Part shown: piece after piece, positions 18,144 to 27,162 of the stretch
Numbering within the stretch: the stretch's first letter is position 1
Layout of the letters: every line of letters begins with the position of its first letter
Source of the DNA: a virus
DNA length: 64,000 bases
Virus record (IMG/VR): IMGVR_UViG_3300035123_000008
Span: 5,583-69,582 of that record
Reading direction: 5' to 3' (one strand)
Translations under genes and position numbers: made by a program
Notes under the pieces: generated by a model
What the model saw: the letters and a program-made list of their open reading frames with translations, nothing else
Told to the model about the DNA's origin: nothing
Database searches by the model: none

Positions 18144-18528
18144 CCTTGAAGTTTTTGTCGAAGGCTTGGGTCCGATAATCAAGAGGGACCTAGATAAGCA
18201 CAGGTCCCTCTTGGAGCAAGTTCATCGCGACCATTTAGCCTTTGTGCAAGCACGCTCGTATGAGATTGCTAGGAAAAAGAACTGGAAAAGCAAAATAGGT
18301 GGAGGCAAGTACGATGACGATGCTATGCGAGAGGCTATAAAACAGATCAACCAAAACATAAGACACTTCAGCGCAAAGATCAAACTGGCTGACGAAAAGA
18401 TCAAGCATCATAAATTGATCGTGGATACCTTGACCGATCGGTTAAAAGAGTACCAAGAGGAAGAATACCAGTTCTTAATTCAGCAAGCAGTAAAGCGGAG
18501 GAAAGGGAACAATGCCTCTGGAAATTGA
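18133..18528 (+). CDS. Basic coiled-coil hypothetical protein
   Basis: Start moved to ATG 18133; heptad-like pattern. Confidence 0.65.
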   Translation: MDRNLEVFVEGLGPIIKRDLDKHRSLLEQVHRDHLAFVQARSYEIARKKNWKSKIGGGKYDDDAMREAIKQINQNIRHFSAKIKLADEKIKHHKLIVDTLTDRLKEYQEEEYQFLIQQAVKRRKGNNASGN

Positions 18529-19177
18529 TTGGGTTGCACAGGTGATTCAGATTACATCCCCAACCACGGAGGAGGATGCTCAAACGCTACATGACTTTAT
18601 CGAAGATAACATGGCAACTCCGGTTGGGTTATTGTATGGAGACATTATAGACCCTCAAGGAAAAATCGAGGATCCCAACAATCCGGGCGTTTACACGCAG
18701 ATCATTCTTATCTTCAACTCGCCTTGGCAGATTCAGTTTTGGGGTGGTTCGGGTTATACGCGGGTCTATGGAGGAAAGTTCACTGGTGGGTTAGCTGGCG
18801 AGGTTTTGAAAGCAACAGGAACCGCGGGAGATATTTCCGTTTTAGAAAGCCAAGTTGACGGAACTATAGTTGTGACCAGTGGGGGCATTACGCCTTCGGA
18901 CTTAGATGATATTGCCGATGCAGTTTGGGATGAATCATTGGCAGATCATTTGAATGTTGGTTCAGTGGGCGCAGCCATAATGAAAGCGCTCGGTTTGAGT
19001 GGAGAAAATACGAAGTGGTCTAATATGTCTCACAACGCTAATCATCTCTTAACGGCTGCTACGATCACTGAGTACTCAGATCATACGTTGGCAACGCCCC
19101 TTTATGTTTGGAGGCTCACGGCAGCTTATAACGCACAGGGAAGGTTGACTTCCTATCAAATGGTTGAGGTTCCATGA
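18512..19177 (+). CDS. Hypothetical protein, putative structural
   Basis: Overlaps neighbours; IADAVWDE motif typical of fibre-like proteins. Confidence 0.65.
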   Translation: MPLEIDWVAQVIQITSPTTEEDAQTLHDFIEDNMATPVGLLYGDIIDPQGKIEDPNNPGVYTQIILIFNSPWQIQFWGGSGYTRVYGGKFTGGLAGEVLKATGTAGDISVLESQVDGTIVVTSGGITPSDLDDIADAVWDESLADHLNVGSVGAAIMKALGLSGENTKWSNMSHNANHLLTAATITEYSDHTLATPLYVWRLTAAYNAQGRLTSYQMVEVP

Positions 19178-19362
19178 CAACCGGACTAAGCATTGGATCA
19201 CGTGGGAGAATTGGTAGAACTACTGCGCTCACTATTGGTAGCATAGGCAGGTTGGTTGCTCGGATCATAGAGGTTATTGCCCCAAGAAGGCAACCGAGAG
19301 TTGTCGGGATACCGGATTGGTTTTTCAATGATGACGACGAAGTTTTAATCGAGCTAGACTAG
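19174..19362 (+). CDS. Small hypothetical protein
   Basis: ATGA overlap with the upstream stop. Confidence 0.55.
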   Translation: MTTGLSIGSRGRIGRTTALTIGSIGRLVARIIEVIAPRRQPRVVGIPDWFFNDDDEVLIELD

Positions 19363-19380
19363 AAACGGGAGAAAAGGAAA

Positions 19381-19665
19381 ATGGCAAAACAACTTACGAT
19401 TGAGGACTTTCAAAACCTTGGTTATCTGCAGGAGCTTAATCGAACATTCCTGCACCCATTGGGTCTGTCTTTGGGGATTAGCATCGATGACAAAGGCGAG
19501 AAGCAGCTTTACGCAATCTTCGACCACCGAGATGAGAAGTCGGGACCAGTTTTCAAGGCTGGACAACTAAGCCAAGAGAAAGTCGATTTCGTTGAAGCGC
19601 AGCGAAAGGAACGTAATCAGGTGCGCTTGAACCAATACGGTTTCGACATTCAACCTGTGGAATGA
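19381..19665 (+). CDS. Hypothetical protein
   Basis: AAGGA SD; GYLQELNRTFLHPLGLSL. Confidence 0.7.
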   Translation: MAKQLTIEDFQNLGYLQELNRTFLHPLGLSLGISIDDKGEKQLYAIFDHRDEKSGPVFKAGQLSQEKVDFVEAQRKERNQVRLNQYGFDIQPVE

Positions 19666-20009
19666 CAATGGATCACAAAGTCTTTAAATTAGGCATGACT
19701 TCGGATAATGTTGTATTCATCGTCAATCACACACGGAGAGATTATGTCCATTCAACGAAAATCATCGGAATCGAAGATAACGGGTTGCTCGTCCAGTATT
19801 ACTTGCAAGATGCAACACTCACATTTGCTCGAAGAGATGGAGAATATCGAATCATCAAAGTCGAATCCCCCATCACAAAAGAGCAATATGACGAGATCGA
19901 GGAAGCGGATGTGCAGCCCTATTTAGATGCGCATTTTGGCAGCGTAAGGTATGACGAGGTTGCCCATCATGGCAAAGCTGACAGCAAAAAAACTGGCAGA
20001 GAAATATAA
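19662..20009 (+). CDS. Hypothetical protein
   Basis: ATGA overlap. Confidence 0.65.
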   Translation: MTMDHKVFKLGMTSDNVVFIVNHTRRDYVHSTKIIGIEDNGLLVQYYLQDATLTFARRDGEYRIIKVESPITKEQYDEIEEADVQPYLDAHFGSVRYDEVAHHGKADSKKTGREI

Positions 20010-21231
20010 TCTCCTAACAGTTGGGGAGGTAAAAGCTCTTCAATCAGTTGGACAATTCTTACCTAAAAGTCCAGTGATCGTGAATGTCGGTGCTGGTAAA
20101 GGTACAAGCGCATTGGCTTTCTTAGAGGCTTATCCAGACGCTTGGTTGACTACGGTTGATCGGAATAGGAAAGCGCTCGATGGCGAATATGCCTATCTGT
20201 TTGCAAGTGGATTAAACCTAGAAAGATACACGTCCATCAGAAACGACAGCATCAAAGCAGCTAGAAATTGGGAGCGTAAAAATATAGACGTTCTGCTGCT
20301 TGATGGTGCGCATAACTATGAATATGTTCGTGAGGAAATAGAGCTTTGGTCGAAGTTCGTGGTCGATGGAGGTTTTATTTTCATTCACGATTATGGAGTT
20401 GGTCATCCAGTATGGCAGCAGGTTAAACAGGCTGTTGACGAGTGGAGAGAACAGGAACAGATCGACCTCTACAAACGGGAGCGCATAATGGTCGCTGTTC
20501 GCATTCCTTCTTGGGGAAGGGACTTGAAGCGTCATGAAGTCCAGCATTATGTTAACCTGCTCCATACTGGTAAACCGTTTGGGCTTGCGCGCTACGGCGA
20601 CGGAGAGTGGCGCTGCATTTTGGGTGAGATTGGTGGCAAGAACTCCAATGGGTGTACTTTCACTGAGGAGATATGCGATGCCTTGAGAAAGGTGTTGCAT
20701 AAGAACTCGTCTTATGAACACGCTGTCTTGAGAATTGCGCGGGACAAGTTGGGGAAACGCATTGGTAACTTTCTTAGCTTGAATGGGATCAAGGTTGAAT
20801 GGACGATAGGTAACACCTTCTTAGACGAATCGTTCAAGGGTAAACTGTGGCCATTGATCGCAGCATTGAGAAAAAGGAAAATCGTTTACGTAGGACCTGA
20901 GTACTTGCGACCCATCAAAGACATATTTTTCAAGTATGTTGCTTATGTCGAAATCCCCCCGATTGACGCTTACAAAGAGCAAGGCAGAATCATTCCCGAA
21001 ATGCTACATGCAGTAGAACAGCATGAAGCGAACTTGGTTGGTTTCTCGGCAGGTCATCACAAACACCTTTTTGCAGAAGCACTCTGGAAGCACTTTAATG
21101 AGCAGGTTTCCTTTATTGACTTTGGTTGTATTTGGGATGGATACCTTGGTAAGAAATCTCGCAAGTTTCTACGCAAAGGACAATATGACTGGAAGGAACT
21201 ACAGCGGTTGAATGTGAGAAGGAAGCTATGA
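19969..21231 (+). CDS. Class I SAM methyltransferase (Methyltransf_24-like) fused to a GT-D-fold glycosyltransferase
   Basis: VNVGAGKG...LLDGAHNYEYV...FIHDY, then FGLARYGDGE...FIDFGCIWD. Confidence 0.8.
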   Translation: MAKLTAKKLAEKYNLLTVGEVKALQSVGQFLPKSPVIVNVGAGKGTSALAFLEAYPDAWLTTVDRNRKALDGEYAYLFASGLNLERYTSIRNDSIKAARNWERKNIDVLLLDGAHNYEYVREEIELWSKFVVDGGFIFIHDYGVGHPVWQQVKQAVDEWREQEQIDLYKRERIMVAVRIPSWGRDLKRHEVQHYVNLLHTGKPFGLARYGDGEWRCILGEIGGKNSNGCTFTEEICDALRKVLHKNSSYEHAVLRIARDKLGKRIGNFLSLNGIKVEWTIGNTFLDESFKGKLWPLIAALRKRKIVYVGPEYLRPIKDIFFKYVAYVEIPPIDAYKEQGRIIPEMLHAVEQHEANLVGFSAGHHKHLFAEALWKHFNEQVSFIDFGCIWDGYLGKKSRKFLRKGQYDWKELQRLNVRRKL

Positions 21232-21497
21232 CGGAAAAAGAAATCATAAAGAAATTATGGTCGCGCAGTTTCTACTTAGATGTAATTAAGGGGAATCCTC
21301 CGGAAGATGCAGTCAGGCTTGCTTTAGAAGGATTGTTTCTACATATGGCAAGGGAAGTTAAAAATACAGATATAAGTAGTGCTCAATGGTATCCGATGGA
21401 CTTCCCAATGAGACTAACTTTATCAAGCGAACAAGTATTCTGGGATTTTCGACTATCCATGAAGCTAGAAATAGAAGAACACAATGACGGAGAATAA
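21228..21497 (+). CDS. Hypothetical protein
   Basis: ATGA overlap. Confidence 0.6.
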   Translation: MTEKEIIKKLWSRSFYLDVIKGNPPEDAVRLALEGLFLHMAREVKNTDISSAQWYPMDFPMRLTLSSEQVFWDFRLSMKLEIEEHNDGE

Positions 21498-22230
21498 GCG
21501 AGTATGGGGCAGCAAGCTCAAGCGGTTTCCACTTACTTATTACGTGGATATGCTCAGACGAGATGCTCCCTTTGGGTTCGCACGTTATGGCGATGGGGAG
21601 TGGCTAACGATCCTTGGGGATTACGGCAATAAGAATTCTAACGGTTGCACTTTCACGCCTCAATTGGGCGATGCTTTAAGGAAGGTGTTGCATAACAACA
21701 ATAACTATGAACACTCTATTCTCAAGATAGCGCGGCGAAAGTTGGGAGATCGCATTGGTCCATTCTTGGAGGAAGGGAAGTACATGCTGGAATGGACAAT
21801 TGGCGATACCTTTTTAGAGCGATCATTGAAAGGGAAGATATGGCCATTGGTTGCGCAGCTTCGCCAGAAAAGGATAGTCTATGTCGGTCCAGAACATCTC
21901 AGAGCTTTGGGGAAAACTTTCTTTAAAATACAAGAATACGTGCAAATCCCGCCGAGAGATGCTATTACAAAACGGGCAACTATTGTACCTGCCATTCTGC
22001 GAGCGATCTCGAATACCAACGCTCAACTGGTGGGTTTTTCTAGCGGATTACATTCAAAGGTCTTCATCGACGATATATGGATGGAAACCGGAGGAATGAT
22101 AACGCTGATCGATTTTGGCAGTATGTGGGATGGGTACTTTGACGTTCCATCACGCTCTTACATAAGGAAAGGAAAGCACGATTGGGGCAAGCTGCAACAG
22201 GACAACACAAGAGGCAGACGCCTAAAATAA
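21484..22230 (+). CDS. GT-D-fold (DUF1792-like) glycosyltransferase, paralog of the preceding fused domain
   Basis: FGFARYGDGE...LIDFGSMWD. Confidence 0.8.
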   Translation: MTENKRVWGSKLKRFPLTYYVDMLRRDAPFGFARYGDGEWLTILGDYGNKNSNGCTFTPQLGDALRKVLHNNNNYEHSILKIARRKLGDRIGPFLEEGKYMLEWTIGDTFLERSLKGKIWPLVAQLRQKRIVYVGPEHLRALGKTFFKIQEYVQIPPRDAITKRATIVPAILRAISNTNAQLVGFSSGLHSKVFIDDIWMETGGMITLIDFGSMWDGYFDVPSRSYIRKGKHDWGKLQQDNTRGRRLK

Positions 22231-22895
22231 TCAACCCGTATGACCTATATTCAGAGGATATTTACGTGCGAGAAAAAATAGCTTTAGAGCCAATCTTAGG
22301 GGTCATAGAGAAACCTATCATCTTTGAATTGGGTGCGCACTTTGGTATCTCGACAGGGAGAATCAAAACCCTTGCACCGAACTCAATCTATTATGCCTTT
22401 GAGCCGGATATTCGCAACCTGAAAATTCTTTGGAGCCTCTATACATCAAACCATGTAAACATAATTTCAAAAGCTGTGGGTAAGGTTGATGGCAAGGTGA
22501 AATTCTGGCAATCTGGAGGCACGAATAAATCTGGGAGGTTGCATACCGATTCTTCATCCATTAAGAAACCCGTTGCCCATGAGAAAATGTTCCCTTGGAT
22601 GACCTTTCAGGAAACCGAAGTAGAGTGCGTAAGGTTGGACACATTTTGCGCTGCGAAGGGTGTAACCCACATTGACCTTATTTGGTCGGATGTACAGGGT
22701 GCAGAACTTGATGTAATCGAAGGTGGACAGGAAACCTTCAAGCGAACACGCTGGTTTTATACCGAGCACATGAACAATCCAAGGTATGAAGGACAACCCA
22801 ACTTGGGGCAGATCATCGAAGCACTTCCCGGGAACTGGAGAATTGATACAAAGTGGGAGATGGATGCTCTGCTGGAGAATGTAGACTATGCTTGA
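22182..22895 (+). CDS. FkbM family methyltransferase
   Basis: IFELGAHFG...YAFEPD...CVRLDTF...IDLIWSDVQGAELDVIEG; start uncertain. Confidence 0.9.
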   Translation: MGQAATGQHKRQTPKIINPYDLYSEDIYVREKIALEPILGVIEKPIIFELGAHFGISTGRIKTLAPNSIYYAFEPDIRNLKILWSLYTSNHVNIISKAVGKVDGKVKFWQSGGTNKSGRLHTDSSSIKKPVAHEKMFPWMTFQETEVECVRLDTFCAAKGVTHIDLIWSDVQGAELDVIEGGQETFKRTRWFYTEHMNNPRYEGQPNLGQIIEALPGNWRIDTKWEMDALLENVDYA

Positions 22896-23454
22896 TTCAT
22901 ACACGATAGGCGAGAAATTCCCAATGCTGGTAAAGGCAGAGATAGACCTGTTAAAAGAATGCGTCAATGAGCTTTTGCCCGATCCGGTTATTGTTCAAAT
23001 AGGTGCTGGTGTCGGTGCGAGCTCACTGGCTATGCTTGAGGAAAGGGATGATCTCTTTATCTTCTCGATTGATATTGAGTTTCCAAAAACTGGCATCTAT
23101 AAGCCGGGGGAAAAAGAAAACCTGATGTTAGCAGGTCATTGGGATGGTCGATTGATTCAGGTGCTTGGCAGTAGTCAATACGTTGGGCAACGTTGGAGGT
23201 TCCCAATCGATTTACTTTTTATTGACGGTGATCACAGGTACGAATATGTAAAGCAGGATATAGAGCTTTTCGTTCCTCATGTTATGGAAGGTGGTTATAT
23301 TCTCTTTCATGACTATGCTGAGAAGCTAAAGAAACCCAAGGCCGGCGTTAAGAAAGCAGTCGATGAATTGCTTGGACACTATGAAGTTGTCGGACAAAGG
23401 AAGTGGCTATGGGCGATAATGAAGCCTTTTACGTTGCATGGAACCACGGAATAA
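22888..23454 (+). CDS. Class I SAM methyltransferase (Methyltransf_24-like)
   Basis: VQIGAGVG...FIDGDHRYEYV...GGYILFHDY. Confidence 0.85.
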   Translation: MLDSYTIGEKFPMLVKAEIDLLKECVNELLPDPVIVQIGAGVGASSLAMLEERDDLFIFSIDIEFPKTGIYKPGEKENLMLAGHWDGRLIQVLGSSQYVGQRWRFPIDLLFIDGDHRYEYVKQDIELFVPHVMEGGYILFHDYAEKLKKPKAGVKKAVDELLGHYEVVGQRKWLWAIMKPFTLHGTTE

Positions 23455-24059
23455 AAGAAGCTGTCAATAGCTGCAAGTCATTGAAAGAACACAACCCTGA
23501 TCTTCGGGTATCTCTTGCTTGCTTTGAGCCTATTGAGATTGATTGTTTTGACCATGTTTTTAGTTTTGCTGAGCGAGAGTTTTCAGAGAATAAATTCTTA
23601 CGAAAAGTGGAGTTGATCTACGAGTTTCTTATACGATCAGAAGCGCAGCGCGTTCTGTTTCTGGATACCGACACAACAATATTCGGGAGCGTTCAACCTA
23701 TTTTTGATTCTCTGGATTATGCGCAGTTGGCAATGGCATTAGCTCCAGTCGCTATGAGAAACGAGGGGGTTCCCGATTCAATTGCAACATATAACACAGG
23801 CGTGATGGGTGTTTATTGTTTATATGAAACTGTCATCCGTCAATGGCTGGAAGCAACAAGACATAACGATGACGATCAACACGCTATGCGCTGGCTAATT
23901 CATAACGCAGGACTTAAAATCGCCACGCTTTTACCAAGGTACAACTTTCGACCGAAGTTCCCAGCTTACTTAAGCGGGAAACCTGTCATCATTCACAATC
24001 GGCAAGGAGACAATAAGAAGATTTTTAAGAGAGCAAACAAGGGGCATTGGAAGCCGTAA
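23403..24059 (+). CDS. GT-A fold glycosyltransferase (GT8/GT77-like)
   Basis: VLFLDTDT (DxD), YNTGVM, DDQHAM, YNFR...IIH. Confidence 0.75.
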   Translation: MAMGDNEAFYVAWNHGIKEAVNSCKSLKEHNPDLRVSLACFEPIEIDCFDHVFSFAEREFSENKFLRKVELIYEFLIRSEAQRVLFLDTDTTIFGSVQPIFDSLDYAQLAMALAPVAMRNEGVPDSIATYNTGVMGVYCLYETVIRQWLEATRHNDDDQHAMRWLIHNAGLKIATLLPRYNFRPKFPAYLSGKPVIIHNRQGDNKKIFKRANKGHWKP

Positions 24060-24070
24060 AGGAGCTTGAA

Positions 24071-24745
24071 ATGAATAAAGAATTTGGACGCTTATATTCT
24101 GTAGACGAGAGGGATCAAAACTACCTGATCTCCGCGCTCTCAGCCGTTGCAGAACCGGAGATAACAAGGACATACCGTTATTGGTGGGCTGATGGGCATT
24201 GGGGAGATCAAGGTGCTACGCCCCAATGTGTTGCCTATGCTTGGTTGCACTTCATGGAGGATGGACCCGTCACATGGGAACCTCGCTCACCCGGAAGCGG
24301 TTTTATCTTTGAACCCGAGGACCTATACAGCCAAGCGCAGCAAGTGGACGAATGGCCGGGAGAAGGATATGCCGGGACAAGCGTTCGAGCAGGCGCAAAA
24401 ATCATGCGACAATGGGGCATTATAAGTGAATACCGTTGGGCGTGGGATTTGCAAGGTTTGATTGATGCTGTGCTACATGCTGGTCCTGTCGTGGTGGGAA
24501 CCAATTGGTACGAGCGTATGATGAACCCGAATGCCGATGGTTACATTGTTCCCAAAGGCGCTCTCCTTGGTGGGCATGCTTATGTTATCAACGGTGTCAA
24601 TCTCAATAGACGCATTTTCAGGCTCAAGAACAGTTGGGGCAGGGAGTGGGGCGATAGCGGTCATGCTCTCCTGCGATACAAACACATGGAAAAGCTGATA
24701 AACGAGCAGGGCGAAGTTTGCTTGGCGGTGGAAGCACAGACATGA
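24071..24745 (+). CDS. Papain-like (C1) cysteine peptidase
   Basis: DQGATPQC (Gln/Cys), GGHAY (His), KNSWG (Asn); AAGGAG SD before ATG 24071. Confidence 0.9.
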   Translation: MNKEFGRLYSVDERDQNYLISALSAVAEPEITRTYRYWWADGHWGDQGATPQCVAYAWLHFMEDGPVTWEPRSPGSGFIFEPEDLYSQAQQVDEWPGEGYAGTSVRAGAKIMRQWGIISEYRWAWDLQGLIDAVLHAGPVVVGTNWYERMMNPNADGYIVPKGALLGGHAYVINGVNLNRRIFRLKNSWGREWGDSGHALLRYKHMEKLINEQGEVCLAVEAQT

Positions 24746-25488
24746 TCCGTGAGACGATCTTCGTTGCAGGTTATCCCAAAAGTGGGAACACTTGGTTGAC
24801 ACGCTTGTTAGCCGATGTTCTGGATTCGCCATCAGGTGGTTGTCGCCCAATAGATGATGACGCCGAGGTTGCAACGGAGGGGCAGGATCGAGAGGGCAAG
24901 TACATTGTTCGCAAAGGACATTTTCGACCCGTAGAAAACAATGAAGGTCCCATTGTGCCTAAAGAACACAAATTGGCATGGAAGAGGATAACCACGCAGA
25001 AGGTTGTCTTGATCTACCGTGACCCTCGGGATGTACTTGTGTCGGGTGCGCACTATTGGAGACGAGATCAGGCAGAACATTGGGATATGATTCGAACAGG
25101 GCATGGCTCAATGCGCTTGCATGGTCCTTGGGACTGGTACATGGACGAATGGTTGCGCTTTGAGGGCGAACCGTGGTTTGTGAAAGTGAGCTACGAGAGC
25201 TTGCTGAAGAATACCTACTATGCAATCTGCTACGTGCTATCAAAGCTGAGGATTGACATACCAGTTTACTCGCATGTCGAAAGCGCAATCCAGCGTCAAT
25301 CCTTCGAGGAGAAAAAGAAAGCGTTGGTAAAGAAACCGCACAACCCGAAATACAACAGCAAGTTTCACAGGCACTTCATGCGCAAAGGGCAAGCAGGGTC
25401 ATGGAAAGATGAACTTAATCCTATATTAGCAATGGCGGTTGTGGAGATGTTTGGTGACACGATGCGAAGGTTGGGATATGTTAGCTAA
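24742..25488 (+). CDS. PAPS-dependent sulfotransferase (Sulfotransfer_1-like)
   Basis: GYPKSGNTW (5'-PSB loop), YRDPRDVLVS (3'-PB), FMRKGQAGSWK. Confidence 0.9.
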   Translation: MIRETIFVAGYPKSGNTWLTRLLADVLDSPSGGCRPIDDDAEVATEGQDREGKYIVRKGHFRPVENNEGPIVPKEHKLAWKRITTQKVVLIYRDPRDVLVSGAHYWRRDQAEHWDMIRTGHGSMRLHGPWDWYMDEWLRFEGEPWFVKVSYESLLKNTYYAICYVLSKLRIDIPVYSHVESAIQRQSFEEKKKALVKKPHNPKYNSKFHRHFMRKGQAGSWKDELNPILAMAVVEMFGDTMRRLGYVS

Positions 25489-26194
25489 TCTACCTATCTG
25501 TGTCTTAACCTGTGATGAATACCTGTGGATGCTGCGACCTTTTGCCTTCCTGTTCAATACCTTTTGGGATGAGGAGCAGGAGGTACGCATTTATGGCTAT
25601 AAGCCAAACTACAAAATCATCAATGATCTACCAAGTAATTTTGCTTTCTATTCTCTCGATCGGAACTGCTATCCTGCAGATCGTTGGAGTGACGGACTGA
25701 TACAGCTTATTCGCTTATTGAAGGTCGAGCACTTCATACTTTTTTTAGAGGATTTCTGGCTTTATGACAACGTTTGTCTCAATCAGATAAATTCTTTGGT
25801 TGGTTACACATTCCTGAATAAAGATGTGCTGCGAATGGATTTGACCAATGAGCGCATTTCAAAAAAGAGTGCGCAAATAATAGAGCATTTCGATGGTATT
25901 GGAATCGTAGACGCCGGCTTACCATCTAAGTACTCGATGAGTTTTCAGGTCGGGATCTGGAACAGCGAACTTGCTCTCAAGGTGTTACGAGAGGGTGAGA
26001 CACCTTGGAAAGCGGAGATTGATGGAACGAAACGGGTGAACGCAATGAAAGGAGAACTACGGGTGCTTGGAACTGACAAGCGACCTGTGCGCTATCAACC
26101 TGTTTACCGGAATCATAAACGTCAATTAAGGATTAACAAAATACCAACACATCTAATGAATGTAATTATGAAACGGGGCTGGTTGGACGGATAA
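25478..26194 (+). CDS. Putative GT-A fold glycosyltransferase
   Basis: ICVLTCD...FILFLEDFW...SFQVGIWN...TPWKAE. Confidence 0.6.
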   Translation: MLANLPICVLTCDEYLWMLRPFAFLFNTFWDEEQEVRIYGYKPNYKIINDLPSNFAFYSLDRNCYPADRWSDGLIQLIRLLKVEHFILFLEDFWLYDNVCLNQINSLVGYTFLNKDVLRMDLTNERISKKSAQIIEHFDGIGIVDAGLPSKYSMSFQVGIWNSELALKVLREGETPWKAEIDGTKRVNAMKGELRVLGTDKRPVRYQPVYRNHKRQLRINKIPTHLMNVIMKRGWLDG

Positions 26195-26203
26195 GGGGAA
26201 AAG

Positions 26204-26830
26204 ATGACTTGGAAGTGGGATCCGATTGCGGGTCGTTACTGGAATTCGGAAACAAAGAAACATATTGGTCGAACTAAAGCCCTTGAATATGTAGAAATGT
26301 CAGCCACGGCTACAGGGTTAGCTACGGATGATCTGGCTCTTTTACTATCTGATGAAATTATTGGTGCTGCCGAATGGCGAATAGCAATGAGAGAATCCGT
26401 TAAGCGAGAATATATTAGGCAGTATCTTTTAGGTCGTGGTGGTTTGGAACAGATGACGTATGCCGATTGGGGGAGTATCGGCGGTATGCTTGCAGAGCAA
26501 TATGGTCACCTTGATAATTTTACAGCCGTATTGGGTGATCTCTCTGAAGCTCAGATCATGGCTCGAAGTAAGATGTACATTAATAGTGGGCGTGAAGCCT
26601 ATGAAAGAGCACATGCAAGGGTTGCTATTGGTTTGGGATTTGATGAGGAAGCTTGGGTGATAGATCCATTAGCCTTAAATTGTGATGATTGTTTGGCTTA
26701 TTACGAAGAGGGCTGGAAACCTATTGACCACTTTCCTTTTCCCGGTCAAGGATGGACGGTTTGCCTTACGAATTGTAAATGCCATAAAGAGTATAGAAAC
26801 TCTCAAACTGAGGAGGTATGGGAAGGGTGA
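26204..26830 (+). CDS. Head morphogenesis / minor capsid protein (Mu gpF / SPP1 gp7-like)
   Basis: C-terminal CDDC...PFPG...CLTNCKC; lies before the scaffold and MCP genes. Confidence 0.65.
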   Translation: MTWKWDPIAGRYWNSETKKHIGRTKALEYVEMSATATGLATDDLALLLSDEIIGAAEWRIAMRESVKREYIRQYLLGRGGLEQMTYADWGSIGGMLAEQYGHLDNFTAVLGDLSEAQIMARSKMYINSGREAYERAHARVAIGLGFDEEAWVIDPLALNCDDCLAYYEEGWKPIDHFPFPGQGWTVCLTNCKCHKEYRNSQTEEVWEG

Positions 26831-27042
26831 GTGGTGTGAAACAAGATTGCGCTGGTAACACCATTTCTATATCGCAGAACAGCAAAATTGTTCGTGTCGA
26901 TGGCATTCCCATTTGTAAAAGGGTGATAAGGAAAGATGGTGTCTACTTGCAATTTGCAGATCGAGATAAGCAACGTAGTGGAATACGAGGAACGAGATAT
27001 GTGGAGGTGCGCTTGGACAGTTGGATAAACAAGATCGCTTGA
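26818..27042 (+). CDS. Small hypothetical protein
   Basis: GAGGAGG SD. Confidence 0.6.
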   Translation: MGRVSGVKQDCAGNTISISQNSKIVRVDGIPICKRVIRKDGVYLQFADRDKQRSGIRGTRYVEVRLDSWINKIA

Positions 27043-27068
27043 CATTAATAGCCAACGTCCTGTAAGAT
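27039..27068 (+). promoter_or_regulatory. Sigma70-like promoter upstream of the head operon
   Basis: TTGACA-18 nt-TAAGAT. Confidence 0.55.
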
Positions 27069-27110
27069 GTGGGCGATGGCGTATTGAAGGCTGTAGGTGC
27101 TTGACGCCAG

Positions 27111-27151
27111 AAGCCGACTGGAAAAATCGACTCCAGTGGGCTTTTCTTTTT
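27111..27151 (+). terminator. Terminator-like hairpin in the head-operon leader
   Basis: AAGCC-G-ACTGGA / TCCAGT-G-GGCTT followed by TTCTTTTT, directly before AGGAGG. Confidence 0.55.
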
Positions 27152-27162
27152 AGGAGGAAGAT

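Noticed and set aside
27070-27110. Fluoride (crcB) riboswitch resemblance (GGCGATGGCGT...TGACGCC)
   Set aside because: The P1 partner (TCGCC) and the spacing of the consensus are missing, and the downstream gene is a head protein
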